A stretch of 64,000 nucleotides of DNA from Octopus bimaculoides (GCF_001194135.2 NC_068990.1:72737465-72801464); one strand, 5' to 3'. Positions 1 to 14,660 are shown, counted from the stretch's first letter. Notes: generated by a model from the sequence alone, not told the origin. Made by a program: numbers and translations.

Positions 1-1721
1 CAATCAATTTTTGAATATTTACAAATAAGCTCACTACAAGATTACATTTAAAACACATTTTTCTTTACCTCTTTTTTTCATTTATTAAATGGTTATTCTG
101 AGCCCGACTTATCTTTCTGAATATCATTATTGGAACCAACATTTTATTTTTTTATTTTTTATATTGAGTATATAGAGACATTTTTATTATTTTTTCTACT
201 TTCAAAGCATCAACTATGGTGAGAATCCCAATATCTTCTTTCACATGACACCAGTTGACTGATTCCCATAAGCATAAATGATGCTGCATTCCACAGTAAT
301 CTCATATGTGTGTGTGTGTGCACACGTGTGTATATATATTTGTAAATAGTAAGGGATTACTCCAAACATTAACTAGTTTGCTCTCAGTTAGGAATTTAAA
401 ATAAGTAATTCAATAGTTAATATATAAATCCAATAATATTCTCATAAAATAAGAATTTAGAAATGTATTCCATTGGATATATATATTGTTAAACAATGTC
501 AATGTATGTATCATTTCTTTGTTACTGTTCTGCAAATGCCACAAGTATATGTTGTGGTTCTATCTTCCTTGGAGTTACTATTCGTACTATTTTACAGTAA
601 CTTCTAGTCCTATGTTACTGCTCTCAGAAACTTTGTGCAATAGTACCACTATACCTCACATTCACCAACCAAATCATAAGGTTTCATAGCTGGATACATA
701 TATATTGATGAAACATATACAATAACATTATTATTGTTCATTCACATCTTCAAATATATAGTGAATGCATGTATATTGGATATGAATATGGATGTGTGTG
801 TGTGCTGGAGGTCTGGTTTGTTTGAAAGTGATTGCTCAAATGTCCATGCTGGTCTCTAAAAAACTAATGAAGTTAGAAAGTAAAAACATTTTGTATCAAT
901 AACCATAAAACAAAAGAAGAAAAATAACTTTTTCTTCCCTTTTAAACAGTTGCTTTTTCAGAAGTTTCTTAGTAAATAAATATCCAGCTTTATTTAACAT
1001 GTCATATACTGTTAGAACATTCACAGTATAAAGTTTTAGTTTCAAATTGCAGTTATGTTTATTTCCAACAAGCAGCAAATAGGCAATACTATCAGATTTA
1101 TAAATAATTTAAGCTTATTGCATCTGTGACCATAAAATATTTCAGCACTTATTCTAGAAATAACAGTCACATCTCTTTCCAATCATACTCTGTCTTAAAG
1201 AAACAATGACACATTACATAATATGGTCCTGAATATTTGAATAAGAGATGAGACAGTCATGGATGGAATGCATTTGATGAGCTCAAACATAGCTGCCTTG
1301 GGGTTAGAATCATTATTTTAGTCACCCTCCATTTGCTAGAAATTATCTTCTTCAGGATTCAGTTTTTTTTTTAACCCTTTAGCATTCAGATATGTGCAAT
1401 GACATCAACCTCAATTTTACATGTCTTTTTTTCTTTTCTCTTGTTCATGTTAGACCAAGGATTATGAATGTTCAATTTTACAGCCAAATGCCCTTCCTGG
1501 TATCAAATCTTACCAAGTTTATAAGTATCTTTATTCTTCTAATCTTGACACATCCATGTTGCTGAGCAATTTGGAGAAACAGGCGTTTTAGACCAATTGG
1601 CATCAGATTAGCAATTGGCTTTTTCTTCTTTATTGAAAATGGAATTCGTGCTTATACAAAAAATAAACAAAACACAGTTGTCCATGCAGAAGACAAACAA
1701 AAATATTCACACACACAAACA

Positions 1722-1815
1722 ACAGGCTTCTCTCTGCCAATTTCATTCTCAAAGTATTTGTCAGCCCAAAGTTAAAATAGAAGGCACTTACTTGCCCAAA
1801 GTGCCATGCAGTAAG
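1722..1815 (-). mobile_element. Decayed SINE-A head fragment
   Basis: caggcttctct...cttgcccaaagtgccatgcagt matches the reverse complement of the SINE-A head seen intact at 52695-52860. Confidence 0.6.
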
Positions 1816-4324
1816 AGGTTAGAGGTTAAAGGCAAGGTTCGTCTGAATATATATTACAAATGAAGGGAAATAGCTTTGATTACAGTTCTTCACCTTAAAC
1901 AATATTTAAACAATAAGCTCACTTAATCCTATGTCAAAGGGTTAATATGTGCAGGTTATTCTTGATGTCTACTTTAGAATTCAGTGCACTATGTGTGTGT
2001 GTGTGTGTGTGTAGCATAGTTTTTATGGCTGGATGCCCTTCATAACACCAACCACCCCAGAGAGTGGGCTGAGTGCTTTTTATGTGGCACCAGTACAAGC
2101 CATGCCAAAACAGACACAGAAATATGGTGCAGTCTTCTGCCTGGCCACCTCCTGTCAAACCAATGATCACACACACATGAACAGACTACTTTTAAGAGAC
2201 TAGTCTTAATGTTTCTTAATATACTTGATAAAGGAAACCCAAATATGAAATGGGAGCTTCTTGAATTGGAAGTAAAATTATGTCCATGGTTTATTCCATC
2301 TCTCGCTCAAAAGTCACTGTAGCTACTTATCTTACAAAGTTATAACTCAGTCCTCTACTGTCAATAGCAGCAGCATTATATTATGTGTTTCATTTTCTGG
2401 AAGTTATATTCCTTTTCAATGTAGCTGAGTAGAATTCACAACTTAATCACTTTAAGGAGTGTACAGAGCCTACAAAACTGCTATATATCACTAAATTTGA
2501 ATGAACTGAGTAAAGATCAACATTTATAAGAGCTGAGAGAAGTTTAAAGATATAGTGCTGTGAAAACAAATACTGTATACTAGTTTATATTTGAGAACAT
2601 TGCTTGTGAAAAGCAGGGAAGTGTGTATGAGAAATTTTAAAAGATTTACATAGGTCTCAAGATTAAAGACAAACTCAAGCAATGTATATCTCAGAAAATT
2701 ATATATCAATTAAAATGAATTAATACAATAATACCAATCAAAGTTGTATCAGCAAGCTTGCTAGTTTTGTAAAATACAGTAGAATGAAGAATATAAAAAT
2801 GAAGAAAATGTATATAACACTCTAAGTTTTAGCATGCTTCTGATTTTAATGCTTTTAATTTTAGGGATAAAATTTGGAAAAGAAAAAAGTAAAATATTAT
2901 TTTTTGCCATTTTCAGCCTTTTGATTGTGGGTATGCAGAATTAACTAAGAAAAATGATATATAAAACCATCCACATAAGCAAAATGATATTTAAGAATGA
3001 AAACAACTTATTTTAATGTACCATATTTATTTATCACCATTACTATTTATTCTTCTGGTTTTATCATAATAAAATCCCAGACAAAAAAAAAATTTTTCTG
3101 TGTACAATATGCACTGATGTATGGAAAAAAGAGTTTAGTGAGATTTATTGTAATTGCTGTATAAAATACAGTAAACAAATCCCCATATCTAATAATCAAA
3201 ACAAAAAGTAAATTCAAAATTGACCTTTAAACTTTAATGGCATAGGCTTTAAAAGTGCACCTGCTGTAAAATCAACATTGTGGAAATCACACAATCACGT
3301 TTTTACAAAATTCTCATGAAAATCAATTCCGTTTAAATAAGTTTATACTCAAAATTTACTGTTCAATTTGTATAGTGATGCACACATTGTTGTGTTGTCA
3401 TTGAAAAACAAAGTATTTATAGTTTAAGCATGGATATTTTTTTAAAGATCCTTTCTAACATTTTTTATTATGCATTCAAAGTTTTTTTTTGTTTTTTTCT
3501 CTCTCTTAATCAGTCTTTAAACTTTTAAGTTTTGAATACCAAACACTCAGGGACCAGGCAAGTTTTTTTTTTCTTCTATCTCATGTTTTGTGTGTAATTT
3601 TGTGAGATATACTTTGACTATGAACATAGTATCTATTTATAGTACAAGTTTCTATGTAGGCAAGAAAACTAAAATACAGCATTCTTTTGCTACCAATGTC
3701 AATTTTATTTCTGATTACTTCATATCAACAGTTATAAGCAAAATTTTGCTGTATTTAACCTTGCATTGAGTGAGGTTATTTCCTATTCTACTCCCCTTTC
3801 CTCCATATATAAAGTCAATATAAACATAAGTATAAGAAAGTGATGTACAGAACTCCATACAAAATATACAGAAAAATAACCCTCTTCAATATTTTGGTTG
3901 CCCTAATCATAAACTGAAATATTCTTAAGAAAACATTAACAGTAGACAATACCCCAACCATTATATGGTGTAAAACTGTTCAGCTGAGTGAGATGGTAAT
4001 ATTGAAATTAGATCAACTTCTAAGAGTCAAGCAATTCTTGACACCTGCTGATTTTATTAGTTAACTTACTAATATTCCATTATAGGCTTTGAAACTGTGA
4101 ATAGTAGACAGCTGCCTAGATACCTTTTAACAGGTAAACATTTCATGTTCCTGTGAGTTCTCCAGTAAGAGATTAATGCTGTGGATCAATGATAATTTCT
4201 TGACAAATTCAGTCTACAGACTCATTTCAATATTCAATATATAAAACTGCATCACAAATATTGCCAGTACCTTTGGGAGAGGTTGTCAGCAAACCTTTTT
4301 TTCATTCCCCAAAACAGAGAATAA

Positions 4325-4543
4325 CTTTTTGTTACCATATTTCTGTTGAAAGACACCGCATTTGTTTCAACTGATTTTGAAAATAATAAAGAATTTAGAA
4401 AGACATCTGTCATTATTAAGCAGGTGCTTGGTACATAAATTAACTTGATATTTTGATGAAAGGTTTAAATTTAGGTCACTTCAAAACAGGAATTTTGCAC
4501 GATAGAATCAAGGACAGCCTCTGGTTGGTTGGTATCAAAAGAG
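4325..4543. mobile_element. Decayed piggyBac-type MITE (family 2)
   Basis: Right end ggtatcaaaagag|TTAA and left end ataa|ctttttgttacc resemble the TTAA|ccctttcgttacc terminus at 59138; internal AT-rich sequence similar to 59142-59326. Confidence 0.6.
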
Positions 4544-7500
4544 TTAATGCCTACATCAAATATATTGTTTGTAGCAGGGTCAAGTCACAAACAGCTCTCT
4601 ATCAAAGTTACACTTCTAATAAATTGTGGTCATCAAAAAAGAAAAGAAAGTTTTCAGGTATAAATATTTCTTAGGCTGCCTAAAGCAGGCATATTATGAA
4701 CTTCATCAGCAGCCATGTCTTGCCTGAGAAGAATTTGTAAATAAAAATCCAGATGGAAAGCTATAGAAAACCTAGGAGGGATCAACAATTATGCTTTAGA
4801 TATATATAGCTATATGATGAAATATTAATTACATTCTTCAAAATTTAATGATTATACTAATGGAAGACACTTAGAGAGAGAGGAAAGAGAATGTCAGTGG
4901 TGAATGACAGGTATGTGAAAGCTGAATTAATAGTAATATAGTTGATAAAGATAGAAGATAATATTGATGATATGGCAGTGTATTCTAACAGGTGTCACTT
5001 CATTAGAGCCTTACAAACACATTAAAAAATTCCATAGGTGTATGTGTGAGTATTACATGTACGAAAAAATGCCCCTCAAAAATATCAGGACATAGGAAAA
5101 TTTTGGAATATTTACTTGACACATCAAGAGAAATCTAACAGTTTTAGTTACTAACCACTTTATCAGTCTCTGTGGAATTGAAGACAGTTATTCATTGAGT
5201 CACACAACATATGGCAGTTGTTGACATCACATACCAACTATCTGTTGAATTGCCATGAACTCCCAAGTGATTCAATATCTCCGACTAACTAAAACTGTAG
5301 TGGCCATATTTATGTACTACATACATAAATATGTGCAATATATATAGATCTATATGTGTATGTGCATGTATGTGTGGGGGTGTCGTCACCTAGTATTTTG
5401 AATATATTGAAGCAGACATATGTATAGAAATAACTTTTGAGAATATCATAAAAAAATCTAATAAAGTAGGCAGGCTATAAAAAAAATATTCAGGAAAGTT
5501 TGTTATTCAAACGACAGCAGTTATTATATCTTATATATTGCTTAGTTAAGACATATTAAAAGTAAAATAATTTTCCAATAATATTTGATCCTGAATCAGA
5601 CAAATAATTCTGAGCAGTATTATTGCTTTCGTGGAGGAGGAGATGAGAGGAAAAGAAAGAAAGCTATGAGCAGTCTGTTTAGATGACAGCTGTATAATAG
5701 ATTGTTCATAGAGTTTATAACTATAGCACATGACTAGCTGTGTCAGTAGGGACAATCACATAGTAAGTGCATTGAACATAAATGGTGGCTTAATGAGACA
5801 AAGATGAAAAGTTCATTAGAGTAATAAGAGTGACTGTTTAGAACACAGACAATTTTTTCAATTGTACAGTCTGCAGTTGATCAGTAAAAGTGCAGTTTAA
5901 TATAGCGTGTTGCTTTCATCTGTATTTTGTACATGAACTGAAGAAAATTGGTCAAAGTGCTGAGTGGAACTGTCTGTATGAATATAAATATACAAAATAT
6001 ATTACAAAAAGAAGTAAAAAGTGAGTGGCTACAGAGCATTCGTTGCCAGGTGAGACCAGCACTGTAAACCTGTTGCTAGATAAGTAATAACAAAATTATT
6101 CAGCACCATGCCTTGGGCTCAGGATATAAAGGTGGAAGCTAATTTTGCTACATGAAGTCCAGGGAGAATAACATTTGTTGCAACCAAAGTGTCAAAGTTG
6201 ATAATTCACCAAATTATGGTGAACTATATATATATATATATATATATATATGCTTCGATTTTGGATTTGGTTTCCAAGATTCTTTATATGAGTTCGTGTG
6301 TTGAAGAATATTTTGTTGTCTGGGGAGAGTCATTCTCTTTTAGTGCCAGATTTAGAGAAGTTGCCGTTTACTTGGAGCAGTGTCATTTGAATATATAAAA
6401 AGGAAAGCAATAAGAGCTACTGAACAATGCAAAGTTAGAGTTGGGTGTATACTGCTGTCTTACAGAAAATGTTAACCAATTATTGTAAAGCGAAGAATAG
6501 TTTGTTTGTGTCAATAAATGCTCTCATTATTCAAGTGATACACAGTAATCTATTGATATGTAATCATATTCCATTAGAAATTATTCATTATTTATTAGCA
6601 GAGAGAGAGAGGGGGGGGGGGAGAGGTTGTATCAGGAATGTGTAGAGCTTCATGAAATTTCGAAATGAGCCAAGATATAAAGAGAGAAACCAACTGAATC
6701 TCTCAATGTATTTAAACGTGCAGTATGGATAGAGAAAAAGTGCTGACAGATGGTGGCCAATTGTAATTGACAAACTCAAGATGAATAGATAATTTTCCTT
6801 AATTAAAATGATGCTTCTAAATGCTCTATTCTTCAGTAGACTCTTCTTTCATTAACATGAGAAGTAACATAACATGATTTAATTATTATAACATACAAGC
6901 TACATGAGACTAGAAAAGAAATCTATTTTGATATAGTGGAAATTTGATGTAAGCTAGAAGCATTTGACAAACTGAGGATGAGCCCAAAACTGGATTCATG
7001 CTTGCAGCCATTTTATGCTAATATTCATGGGATAATATTCAAGTATCCTGCTCCAACTCATAAATAGTAGCTTCTGATCACATTCAAGTGATCCTAAGGT
7101 TTAAGATTAAGAAGGAATAGAGGTGACCGGAACATTTATCCTTAGGTTTAAGATTAAGATGGAAAGTGGGTGATAGGAAATTTTAACCCAGAATTATGTT
7201 TAACACAATTTACATCATAGAAATTCAAACATATTGTTGAACAAAAAGGAGAGCATTTATATTAATCACTTGATCAGCTGTAAACAGCAGTCAAATCTCT
7301 TTCAAATTACAATCAAGCATCTTGTGAACAAAGAATACATTGGATAATGTAGTCTGGGATACAGTATCTCTGAATAAAAGGTGAGATGGTCATATCTGGA
7401 ATGTTTCTTATCACAGGTTTCCTCTCTGAACGACAACTTGCAAGCAACAACAGTAGAAAAAAGGGCAAACATAAAAAATATGAGTGTATGTGTGTGTGTT

Positions 7501-8087
7501 TGTATGGCTAAATCCATGGCAATAATATCTATATAAAGGGAAATATACAGATATTTTTAGTATTTTGAAAAAACAAAGGTTCTTACTGTAACTACCAATG
7601 AAAGAGGTTAGAATTCAAAAACATTATAATTCTAAATAGTTTATTAGAAATCTTTTAAAAAATAAACTGAAAGAAATCAAGGAAAAGACAACATTTGTTT
7701 AATGTTATTTCATAGTTAAAATTCACAGCACAGAAAGAAAATATTCCCAAACCCCAATGAGAATAAGAAGGTTCTGTCATTAAGAAAAAAACCGAAACAA
7801 GTGAGTGAATAAATGCTCTCAATATTTATTGGTCTGTAGACTTAGATCTTGCAGGCCACAATATAGATTTGTGAAACTCTTGAGAAGTGCAAATTTACAA
7901 AATATCATATCAAGAAAATCAATAACATCTAATTTTAATCTGGCCAATATGAAGTATCAAACACATTACTCAGTATTCAATTTGTGCATGCACACATGTG
8001 TGTGTGTTTGGTAAAAGTGGGTAAAAACATATCTTCTTTATTTCTGTTAGGGAAACTTCTAGACAGTATCCATAAGTGGGGAGCAGT

Positions 8088-8123
<36 letters not shown>

Positions 8124-9561
8124 AAAAGTAAAAGGTTCCTTTATTCCCTTATGTGTTCCAGCCCAAAGGCTTTTGCTATCCTGCGGCATGGCCATTAAAT
8201 AGAACTGAGTGGCAATGCCGAGTGACTGCCCAAACTGAGTAGGCTATGCTTTTAAAGAATTTGACTCTTATTCATTTCAGAAAATGTGTTACTATCTGCA
8301 GGAGGTCGATTGAGAAAAATAAAACATAAAAATCTTGATACATGGTAGTTTTCAAAGACAAACACATGCACACACACGTGTGTGTTATGTGATGAAAAAA
8401 AACTAGTTGAATGAGAATTACTTGAGTCTTACTCTCACTAATTCACCAGCTATTTGGCTTTCAAAAAATTTTTTAAGAATTAGAAAAAGAAACCCAGCTT
8501 ATACATTTGTTTCATTAATTGCTAGCCTTTCAATATTGGTTATCATTTGTATTAATGAGGCTAATTTGACAATGTAAAACTCTTTATCCTTGAGAATCAT
8601 TTGTTTTAGCACAATAATCTCTTTTTATTCCGTGTCAATTCAAGAGTTTTTCCTCTCACTTTTTTTCCATTTCAGAAGCCTTATTACATCTTCAGATCAT
8701 CGCAGAAAGAAGACTTTAAAAGCTAAGATAAAAATCTGCCAGCATGATAAACTAGTGGAGGTAGTAATACCAACTAACATTTGATAGAGTTTTACAAAGA
8801 AGGAATCAATGTAATTTTGATCTCCTTTTGGAACCATTATCTACAGACAAAATCTTTGGAAGTTATCTCATCTTATATTGTGTATGTCAGCATTGAATAC
8901 TTCACATAGATACGATAAAAAAAAAAAAGAAAAGAGAGAAAGGAAAATCTTTTTACAAAGCATTATTTTTTTTTCCTAATCAAGAATATTTTATCTAGTC
9001 CAATGTAAAGAAAGCAACAAAAATCTGGGAAATAAAAAAACCAAAAAAAAAAAACCTGTAAAAAAACCCCCAAAAAGCAATCAAAACACCCAGCATGTAC
9101 TTTCTATATGTACAGATAAGCAGATTGTTAACAATGCATAAAAAAAAAAAAAAAAGGAAAAAAGTGATTTATCTTTCTACCTTCTAATGATTATTTTTCT
9201 TCTCTGTTAATTTTATCCGATTTCAAGCTTTTCATAACCCAGATTTGAGAATTATGAGAACTTGAAATAGATCATTTCACATAATTATACCACATAAACA
9301 AATTACTATTGGAAACATTACATTGGTATTTTTTAATAACTGAGTTAGAAAGAAAAAAATAGCACGACAACAGTGTGTATATTATACATGGAGAGGGGTT
9401 GAATCAATTAAATGGTTGTTCTTTATTTTAAAAGGAAGGTAAAAAGAAAAGAAAAAAAAAGATTTTGAAAAACTAATTTGATTTTTGAAAATTAAATCTA
9501 AATATCAATAAAAACATAGTGAAAAAAATAGCCGAAATTATTGTGAAAACTATTTTATACA

Positions 9562-9860
9562 GGCACAAGTGTGGCTATGTGGTGAAGATGTTTGTATCCC
9601 AAACACTTGGTTCTCAGTTTGGTCCCATTGCATGGCACCTTGGGCAAGTGTCTTCAGCTGGCCAAAGTCTTGTGAGTGGATATGGTAAACAGAAACTGAA
9701 AGAAGCCCATCATATATCAATGGTTTATGTGCCTGTAACTTAGCGGCTCAGTAAAACAGATTGATAGAATAAGTACCAGGCTTTAAACAAAACAAAAAAA
9801 AAAAACAAGTACTAAAATCAAATCATTTGACTAACATCCATTTCTTTCATGCAGGCATGG
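9562..9860 (+). mobile_element. SINE-A1 copy (tRNA-like head, internally deleted)
   Basis: gtggctatgtggt A-box-like start, ggcaccttgggcaagtgtctt core, gaaactgaaagaagccc, then gtaacttagcggctca...gatagaataagtaccaggctt. Confidence 0.85.
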
Positions 9861-9914
9861 GTTGGGTAGCTCTGTATAGCCATATCTAATATGTCAAATC
9901 ACACACACAGGCAC

Positions 9915-10325
9915 AGATTATCACCATCATCATTTAATGTTCACTTTTCCAAGCCTACCATGAGTCAGATGAAATTTGTTGAGGCAGATTTTCTATGGCT
10001 GGATGTCTTTCCCGTTGCCACCATTTACCTGTTTCCAAGCATGGTAACACATTTCTGTGGCCAGACAAGTTTTTCCATGAAGAATATCACCAGTATGATG
10101 ATGGCACTCATTCACAACCATCACATGATGTGAAGATAAGGGTACACACACGTAAACATACATGTGTGTGTGTGTAGATAAACTGGCTTTTTTCAGTTTT
10201 GTCAAAGAAATCCACACACAAGGCTTTCATTGACCTTGGACTCTAGAAGACACTAATCCATGGTGCTGCATAGTGGAACTGAACCCAAGACCACATGGTT
10301 GGAAAGCAAGCCATGCCTGTACCTA
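9915..10325 (-). mobile_element. SINE-A2 copy (SINE-A head plus RTE-type (GAT)n tail)
   Basis: Head 10180-10325, (TG/CA) tract 10140-10180, body ending catcatcatttaatgttcacttttcc (reverse complement of ggaaaagtgaacattaaatgatgatg). Confidence 0.8.
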
Positions 10326-10812
10326 TACATATGTGTGTGTATGTGTGTGTGTGAGAGAGAGAGAGAGCATTACAATTCTAGTATATACACTGTACATTCT
10401 TTCATTATCATCAAGCTCATTTTGGTTTATGTTTTTCAAAACAGGATTCGGGTTGAACAGGGTTGCAATAAAACATCTAAGCCTGAAATCTCATTGTTCT
10501 CAAGTCGAGCCAAATGACACCAATAACAAAGTCTCTGATGCTTAGTTAGTAAATTCAAGTCTTCCTTCAACAGATTCATTCTCAGTATCCATCATATAAT
10601 GCCAAAATGAAGGTGCTCTATTTAGGGCAGATGTTCTAACACAAATTTAATATTGCAAAGTAAACTTAACAAATCACACATCCAATTGGTTTTTAATAAA
10701 ATAATCCCTTTAGCAGCCACCAAACATCAGAAGAAGATCCAAAGCATCTTTAATTCACTAAGCCTTCTTACAAAGCTATGTATGCAGTATAATAAACACA
10801 GACATATATATA

Positions 10813-11175
10813 GGTGCAGACTGTGTTATGTGGTTAAGAAATCTGCTACCACTGCACAGCACCTTGAGCAAGTGTCTTTGACCAGAGCCTCAGGTTGACC
10901 AGAGCCTTGTGAGTGGATTTGGTGCATGGAAACTGAAAGAAGCCTGTCGTACATGTGTGTGTGTTTCTGTTGTCTTGACATCATGGGGCAGTTGTAGTTG
11001 AATATCTCTCTCATACAAGCAGTGTCAGTTGTTTCCAATGTTCAAAGAAAGTGTGTCCAAGCACAGGGAAATATTTCCCCTCCCCGGGAAACAGGTGAGG
11101 GTTATTAACAGGAAGGGCATCCAGCTGTAGAAAACCTACCTAAATCCACTTGTCCAACCCAGGCAAGTATGATAA
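10813..11175 (+). mobile_element. SINE-A2 copy
   Basis: gcaccttgagcaagtgtctt, gccttgtgagtggatttgg, gaaactgaaagaagcctgtcgt, then cttgacatca...ggaagggcatccagctgtagaaaa body. Confidence 0.8.
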
Positions 11176-12649
11176 TATGTCTGTATATATGTGGGTGGGT
11201 ATTCAGAGAGGAGCTTGACCACAGCCTTCAGAAAATTGACATCAATCTTCAAATTTCACCTTTTAAAATGGGTTGTGCTATCAGTACAATAGCTTTCCTC
11301 ACAAATACAAGTTTACTTTAGTTCTTGGGTTTGAATGCATCTTAATACTGCAACTGGTGCTCGAGGCAGTTAGCTACCATTAAAAGCCAAACTGCTTTTT
11401 GCAACTCCTGCACTGATTTCTATAAGCAGGAGGAAAATAGGAGATATAATTTAATGTAAACCTCATAGGTTCCTTAGATAAAGAAAATAAATTATAACCG
11501 AGCTATATCAATGCACACAGCATATGAGAAAATTACAGAAAACGTAACAAATTTCTTCACAGCAAGAGTAAATAAATCTAGATATTTAAAGTTAGCAATG
11601 GGTTGTACTTAAGCGAATAGCTACCTGGAAATAAATTCAAAAGTATCTGTAAACAATTCATGTTCAGTCAAGATCATTTCATTCCCCCCCCCTTTTTTTT
11701 TCTTTTTCACGAGTGATATGATAAGGTAAGATTTAGGTCCCGATCTATAAACAAGTTATAGCAAGATGTACAGGTATAGCTTGAAAATCCTACACTTAAT
11801 TCACATGATAAAGTACTAATTTCACACTGATAGAAAAAAAAAAAAGAAAGAAAAAAATATACTTCCTAAAAGGGGACAATGCATTTCAATGCTGCCAACC
11901 TTCATTCCGTAAAACTGATATCTGGACCAAATACAAGTGGAACAAACTGAAGTAGGTTACCTCTTGACACAATTTTAGAAATTTAACCACATAAGACACT
12001 ATAAACACTTCACAAATACAGGGAATTTTTCTTTATCTGGTGAAGGGTAAAGTTTCCAAAAGTAAACATCAAATGATTTGAAATTAAACCATTACAATAA
12101 ATAACTGTCTACAAGGAAAATCAATAATACAGTGATTTTTTATTTTTTTTTTGTATCTAAACTTAAATCCAAACTAATTATAAATCGACCAATGAAAAAT
12201 AATAAAATTTGATGGAGAGAGAAAAAGTTTGTACTACAACAACAGCACCACCACTCACAGCTAAAAATGATACTTTCATCTAAGAGCATGTTATCATTTA
12301 ACAATTATATTTATTTTGCAGTAGAAAAGCAACAACTTGCTGAGAGTGAATATAAAAGTCTAGTCAATGCATCCATACATAATATGCATCGATATATATA
12401 TATACACACATTTATTGGTATGTGCATATGTGCCACAGTGTTAGTGTGTGTGTGCAAACATGTGAGCATGTTATTGCATGAGTGTGCAAAGACAAGTGTT
12501 GATGCTAAATCTGTGTGTAGCAGACAAAATCTTCCAATGAAGGAAAATATCTTGGTTCACTCACATCAAACATATTATTAATGTTTTGACTTTCTCTCCT
12601 TTTTTTTTTATTTCAAATGCCCTTAAAATGTTCCTTTCAACAGATAACA

Positions 12650-12895
12650 TGATTAGTGTGTGTGTGTGTGTGTGTGTCTGTGTGTGTGCATATAGGTATA
12701 CATATACACACACAACTGCATACACAAACATGAATATACATGCACACACACACACACGAATACACCCACTAAATAACAGGCTGTGTGTGTGTGTGTGTGT
12801 GTAAGAATACATGTATTATATGTGGGTGTGGTTGGATATATTGCATGCCGATGCTCAAATATAGAGATATATACACTATATATATAAACGATACA

Positions 12896-12992
<97 letters not shown>

Positions 12993-13350
12993 GTATATGT
13001 ATATATATAAAATACATATACGTATTTGCATTTATGTATATGTAATGTATAAATACAGCTGTATATGTACATAAGTATATGTATATATTTATATGTATAA
13101 ATATATATACATATACACATATGCATACATATATGCATATATACACATGCATGTAATTGCATATATATATATATATATATATAGATATAGATACATACAT
13201 ACATACATAAATAAATATAGACATAGGTATATACATACATACACATAGCTTCATTATCATCGTTATCATCATTTCACATTGTTTTGTATATATATTTATG
13301 AGTATGTGTGTATATGCGTGTGTGTATTTATCTATACACACACAGATAAC
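12650..13350. repeat. Compound (TG)/(CA)/(TA)n microsatellite block including ~90 bp of pure (TA)n at 12903-12990
   Basis: Directly visible; source of the long IY/CV/HT pseudo-ORFs. Confidence 0.95.
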
Positions 13351-13537
13351 ATATATACACATAAATTTCTGCTCAACGGTGCTGAGACTGTATTACCATG
13401 CTTGCATGGGTTGTACATATATGTTATTCGACCGTTGTCTCACAGCCAGATGACATTCCTAGCACTAACACCTATTTCTCAAGAACGGGATAATTCTTCC
13501 ACATGGCACACAAAGCACCTGGATCATTTATCCATCA

Positions 13538-13841
13538 CCTGTTTCAGTCATTAGACTGCGGCCATGAGTTGACCCCAGTACTTATTTTTTAAGCCCGGTA
13601 CTTACTCTATCAGTATCTTTTGCCGACACTGGTTGTCAAATGGTGATGGATGGACAAACACACACACACAGATTATATACGACAGGCTTCTTTCAGTTTC
13701 TGCCTACCAAATCCACTCAAGAATTTGGTCAGCCCATGGCTACAGTAAAAGACACTTGCCCAAGGTGTTACACAGTGGGACTGAACCCAGAACCACATGG
13801 CTGGAAAGCGAGCTTCTTACCATGCAGCTATTCCTGTGCCT
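13538..13841 (-). mobile_element. SINE-A1 copy
   Basis: tgtttcagtcattagactgcggccatg tail, (CA)n middle, caggcttctttcagtttc...gacacttgcccaaggtg...gggactgaaccc head. Confidence 0.85.
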
Positions 13842-14383
13842 ATGTGGTCATAAAAAAAAATAAATAACAAATATAAAACACCACATTTCATACAAAGAAC
13901 AAGACGCAAAAATGCCATACAAGATATACTCACACTGATGTACATAGACACACATACAAATGCACACACACACACATATATTATATATACACGGCGACAT
14001 ATATCTGTATGGGTGCAAATATATTAAATATGAATAGGAGTGACAAAAAGATTAGGAGGAATAACATTTTCTGCATCACTGAATATATTATGAAACAACA
14101 ATCTTAATTCAACAAATGCAAGTATTACCACAACACACACACACACACACACACACACATATTCACATATATGTATATAGAGACACATTTTATGACTTTT
14201 ATACATATATATACATGGACACAAACGGTTTCTTTTTGAATACATTTAACATATACATCCACAACACTTTCGATGCCCCAATACTGTAGAAGGGGACACT
14301 GAAGCTGAAACACACTGGGACTATACTCAAAGGCACATAGCTTAGAAGTAAACTTCTCACCATCACAGCTACTTCAGTAAATG

Positions 14384-14424
<41 letters not shown>

Positions 14425-14511
14425 CATCATCATTAAGCGTCCGTGTTCCATGCAAGCATGACACTTGCACATATATATCCAAGTATACAGACATGTATAT
14501 AAATATATGTG

Positions 14512-14551
<40 letters not shown>

Positions 14552-14573
14552 GATATATACATCTATCTATCTA

Positions 14574-14614
<41 letters not shown>

Positions 14615-14660
14615 CTATAGTTTCAGCTCAGAGCTGCGGCCATGCTGATGCACCGCTGCT

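Noticed and set aside
4120-4140. Plus-strand AG|GT (ccttttaacag|gtaaac); also minus-strand cttcttctaag|gtaaca at 57934
   Set aside because: Short pyrimidine tracts, weaker donors and no supporting upstream exon; consistent with chance
7302-7517. 71-aa ORF and apparent minus-strand acceptor
   Set aside because: 7330-7420 is similar to 1200-1285 and to the reverse complement of 59105-59132, so it is a dispersed repeat fragment rather than an exon
10440-10620. Minus-strand QRLCYWCHLARLENNEI, reminiscent of the RTE RT C-terminal RLRWxGHxxR motif
   Set aside because: Single weak motif with key residues altered; insufficient to call
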